Shown one piece after another: positions 61,645 through 64,000 of a stretch of DNA of 64,000 bases; positions within the stretch are counted from its first letter, which is position 1; every line of letters begins with the position of its first letter. The stretch covers positions 7,132,001-7,196,000 of the forward strand of contig CM075998.1 in the NCBI GenBank assembly GCA_038087875.1, read 5' to 3'. Under the pieces are notes generated by a model. The model was not told the origin of the DNA, made no database searches, and was given only the letters and a program-made list of their open reading frames with translations. A program made the position numbers and the translations under genes. The stretch is from Malacoraja senta. Taxonomy: Eukaryota.

Positions 61645-61990
61645 GAGGGCCACAGAGGCACAGAGAAGAACACAGAGGCACATAGAAGGACACAGGGCAC
61701 AGAGAAGGACACAGAGAGAGGCACAGAGAGGGGCACAGAGAGGGGCACAGAGAGAGGCACAGAGAGGGGCACAGAGATGGGCACAGAGAGGCACAGAGAG
61801 GGGCACAGAGAGGGGCACAGAGAGGGGCACAGAGAGGCACAGAGAGGGGCACAGAGAGGGGCACAGTGAGGCACAGAGAGGGGCACAGAAAGGGACAGAG
61901 AGAGACACAGAGAGGGGCACAGAGAGGGGCACAGAGAGAGGCAGAGTGAGGGGCACGGAGAGGGACACAGGGGCACAGAGAGGGGCACAT
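61645..61990. repeat. Minisatellite (GGCACAGAGAG, 10-12 bp units)
   Basis: Directly visible tandem units. Confidence 0.9.
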
Positions 61991-64000
61991 CCTATAATGG
62001 CACAAATTGAGCCTGACAATAAACAACGTTATTGAGTTTAATATTTTAAGCATACACTCACTGCATCACTACTGATAGTGCAATTATGTCCATACTATAT
62101 AATGTCTGATACGGCTTTCCATACGTTGTCTTAAAGACGGGAGATGACTAAGCTTATCAAATTAAAGTCCATCCCTATTTAAGATAAATCACCATCAAAT
62201 AAAATAATATTCCAGCTTAAATTGTACTTAGGCCTATATAGCATAGTTTATTGCACAAATTCCACAGGGCCTTTATATGCACTTGCTGATACTTGATCCT
62301 AACCACGTGTCAGTCATTGTACCTCTCTGCAGGCCATGTGCTCTGGCATGGCATTGCCCCATGGCATTGGATTTAACCTAAATTATCAAGTGAATACTAT
62401 AACTGAATCATGGATGATATCCCTGCATTATAATAGCAAACTATAATTATGTAGCAAAGTAAAACAACAGCCGTAAACTGCAAAAACTTCCATCCAATCC
62501 GATGTTGATATATTGTTTGGCTGCAGCTAAGGAGAGCTTGTCACCGCATTCAGCAAAATGGCCAAATATATAGAAAGCCAAATAGGACACTCTAACAGTT
62601 GATACCTACTATTAGCCTCTTGTCGGCCCCGTAGCAGAAGCGTCCATGTCGCGCAGCTGGACACTGGAAGTATCCTGAGCTAATTCTGATACCACCATCA
62701 TCTATTGCGACAAGTGATTGCTTCCACTGATTGTCGCCGGAAGCTTGCGTCCTTTTCAGGACGGACGATGACAGCGAGGCCAACATTTGTAATAAGATGG
62801 ACACGAAAAGGAGAAGCCTCTTGTCCCCCTTTTCTCATTGAAATGGGTTGTTGTGGAAATGGTCGATAAAGTGGTTTAATTTTTTGACATAAGTCACTTT
62901 GTATTCACTTTTTGTGGTCCATGAACCTGTGACTCAGTGAATCAGTGATATTGTTGCATATGGTTAAGTCCAACTATGGGCCTTCTGACACGTGCGGTGT
63001 CAGGCCTGTTCTTACATGTCTCTGTAAATGACACGGAGAGGGTGGTGTAGAAGGGCAGGACCGTTCTGCTTCGTCTAAAATATACTTGGTCTGTGGTCTT
63101 CTATACTTATCTGTGGAGTAGATCTGCTCTACCTTTGATAAAGTGTGACACAGTGGACTACTCTGTTTTTCTCCAGCCCCTGTAACTAGGAGGAATGGCC
63201 ACATTCAGCTCTCTCAAATAACCTTTGTTTGCTGAATTCCTGACGATGGTCAAGGTGCCTGGCAAAATTAACAATTAATGCCAGTAACAATTAATGTCTC
63301 CTAAATTAAAGGACTCCGAGAGACATATCTTTGAGCCGCTATGTTAACAGGATATGTTAACAGTTTATGTTAACAGGATCACGGAACATTCTGTGCGTTT
63401 GATGGAACAGGTTCTCTTGTTAATCTCCTTCCTAAATCGAAGTGAAATATTGCTCACGAATTACATATAGTAATTAATCCCTGTGTTCCATGGAGCGAAC
63501 ACGGCGCTCATGGTGAGTTGACAGGACAACTAAGTCTGCTGACGCCAAGAACATTTGTTCGATCAGTGACACTTGGTGTCAATGGGGAAAATAAATAGTA
63601 TGATATTTAAATGCATATTTTGTTACTGTCGTCACAATAAAACTGAAATTAAACCAGTATGAATAAGGCATAATTTGCTTCAGGTAAGGTCTATGATAAA
63701 CTGCCCTGTGTGTACTTTGTCTCTCATGGTGAATACACGCGTTTTGGTGAGTTCTGATTCACATCTTCCTTCTGATACACATGCAGTGACAGATCTTCTT
63801 TTGTGGCAGTTTTAGAGACGATGTGAGATAGATTCGATTATCTTTAATGCTGGCCTGCATACTGTTGGCAACATATAACCATAACAGCACGGAAACAGGC
63901 CATCTCGGCCCTTCAAGTCCGTGCCGAACATTTTTTTTAAATTTATTTTTTAAATTAAAAATAAATACTTACCCCTAGTCCCATCTACCTGCACTCAGAC

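Noticed and set aside
61552..62053. Cys-rich keratin-associated-like ORFs (LCPSLC)n
   Set aside because: Translation of a minisatellite that is open in several frames.
62000..63870. Unique-looking sequence with isolated GT donor motifs
   Set aside because: No recognisable ORF or domain; cannot support a call.

Overview
Repeat-dense vertebrate genomic DNA, inferred to be from a cartilaginous fish (skate/ray) because of its HE1/V-SINE-like and HER1/CR1-like repeats. It has two 200-N assembly gaps (30637-30836, 59602-59801). Host gene content: (i) the 3' six exons of a minus-strand C1s/C1r-family complement protease (CUB2-CCP1-CCP2-SP) whose catalytic Ser reads Val and which carries two 1-bp frameshifts; (ii) a minus-strand C2H2 zinc-finger array gene; (iii) an isolated TDP2-like UBA exon. 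Mobile DNA includes a decayed Gypsy element, CR1, L1, Rex/Babar and other LINE fragments, a Penelope-like element (RT + GIY-YIG) with many short satellite copies carrying minimal hammerhead-ribozyme motifs, Helitron remnants and a hAT MITE. The most unusual structure is a 5.4-kb LTR element (7324-12687; paired LTRs, tRNA-Ser PBS, PPT) with no recognisable gag/pol. It carries a captured ASPM-like IQ-repeat exon fragment and sits in one copy of an inverted segmental duplication whose empty paralogue is at ~40018-41890. All family assignments come from motif recognition by eye; no searches were run.
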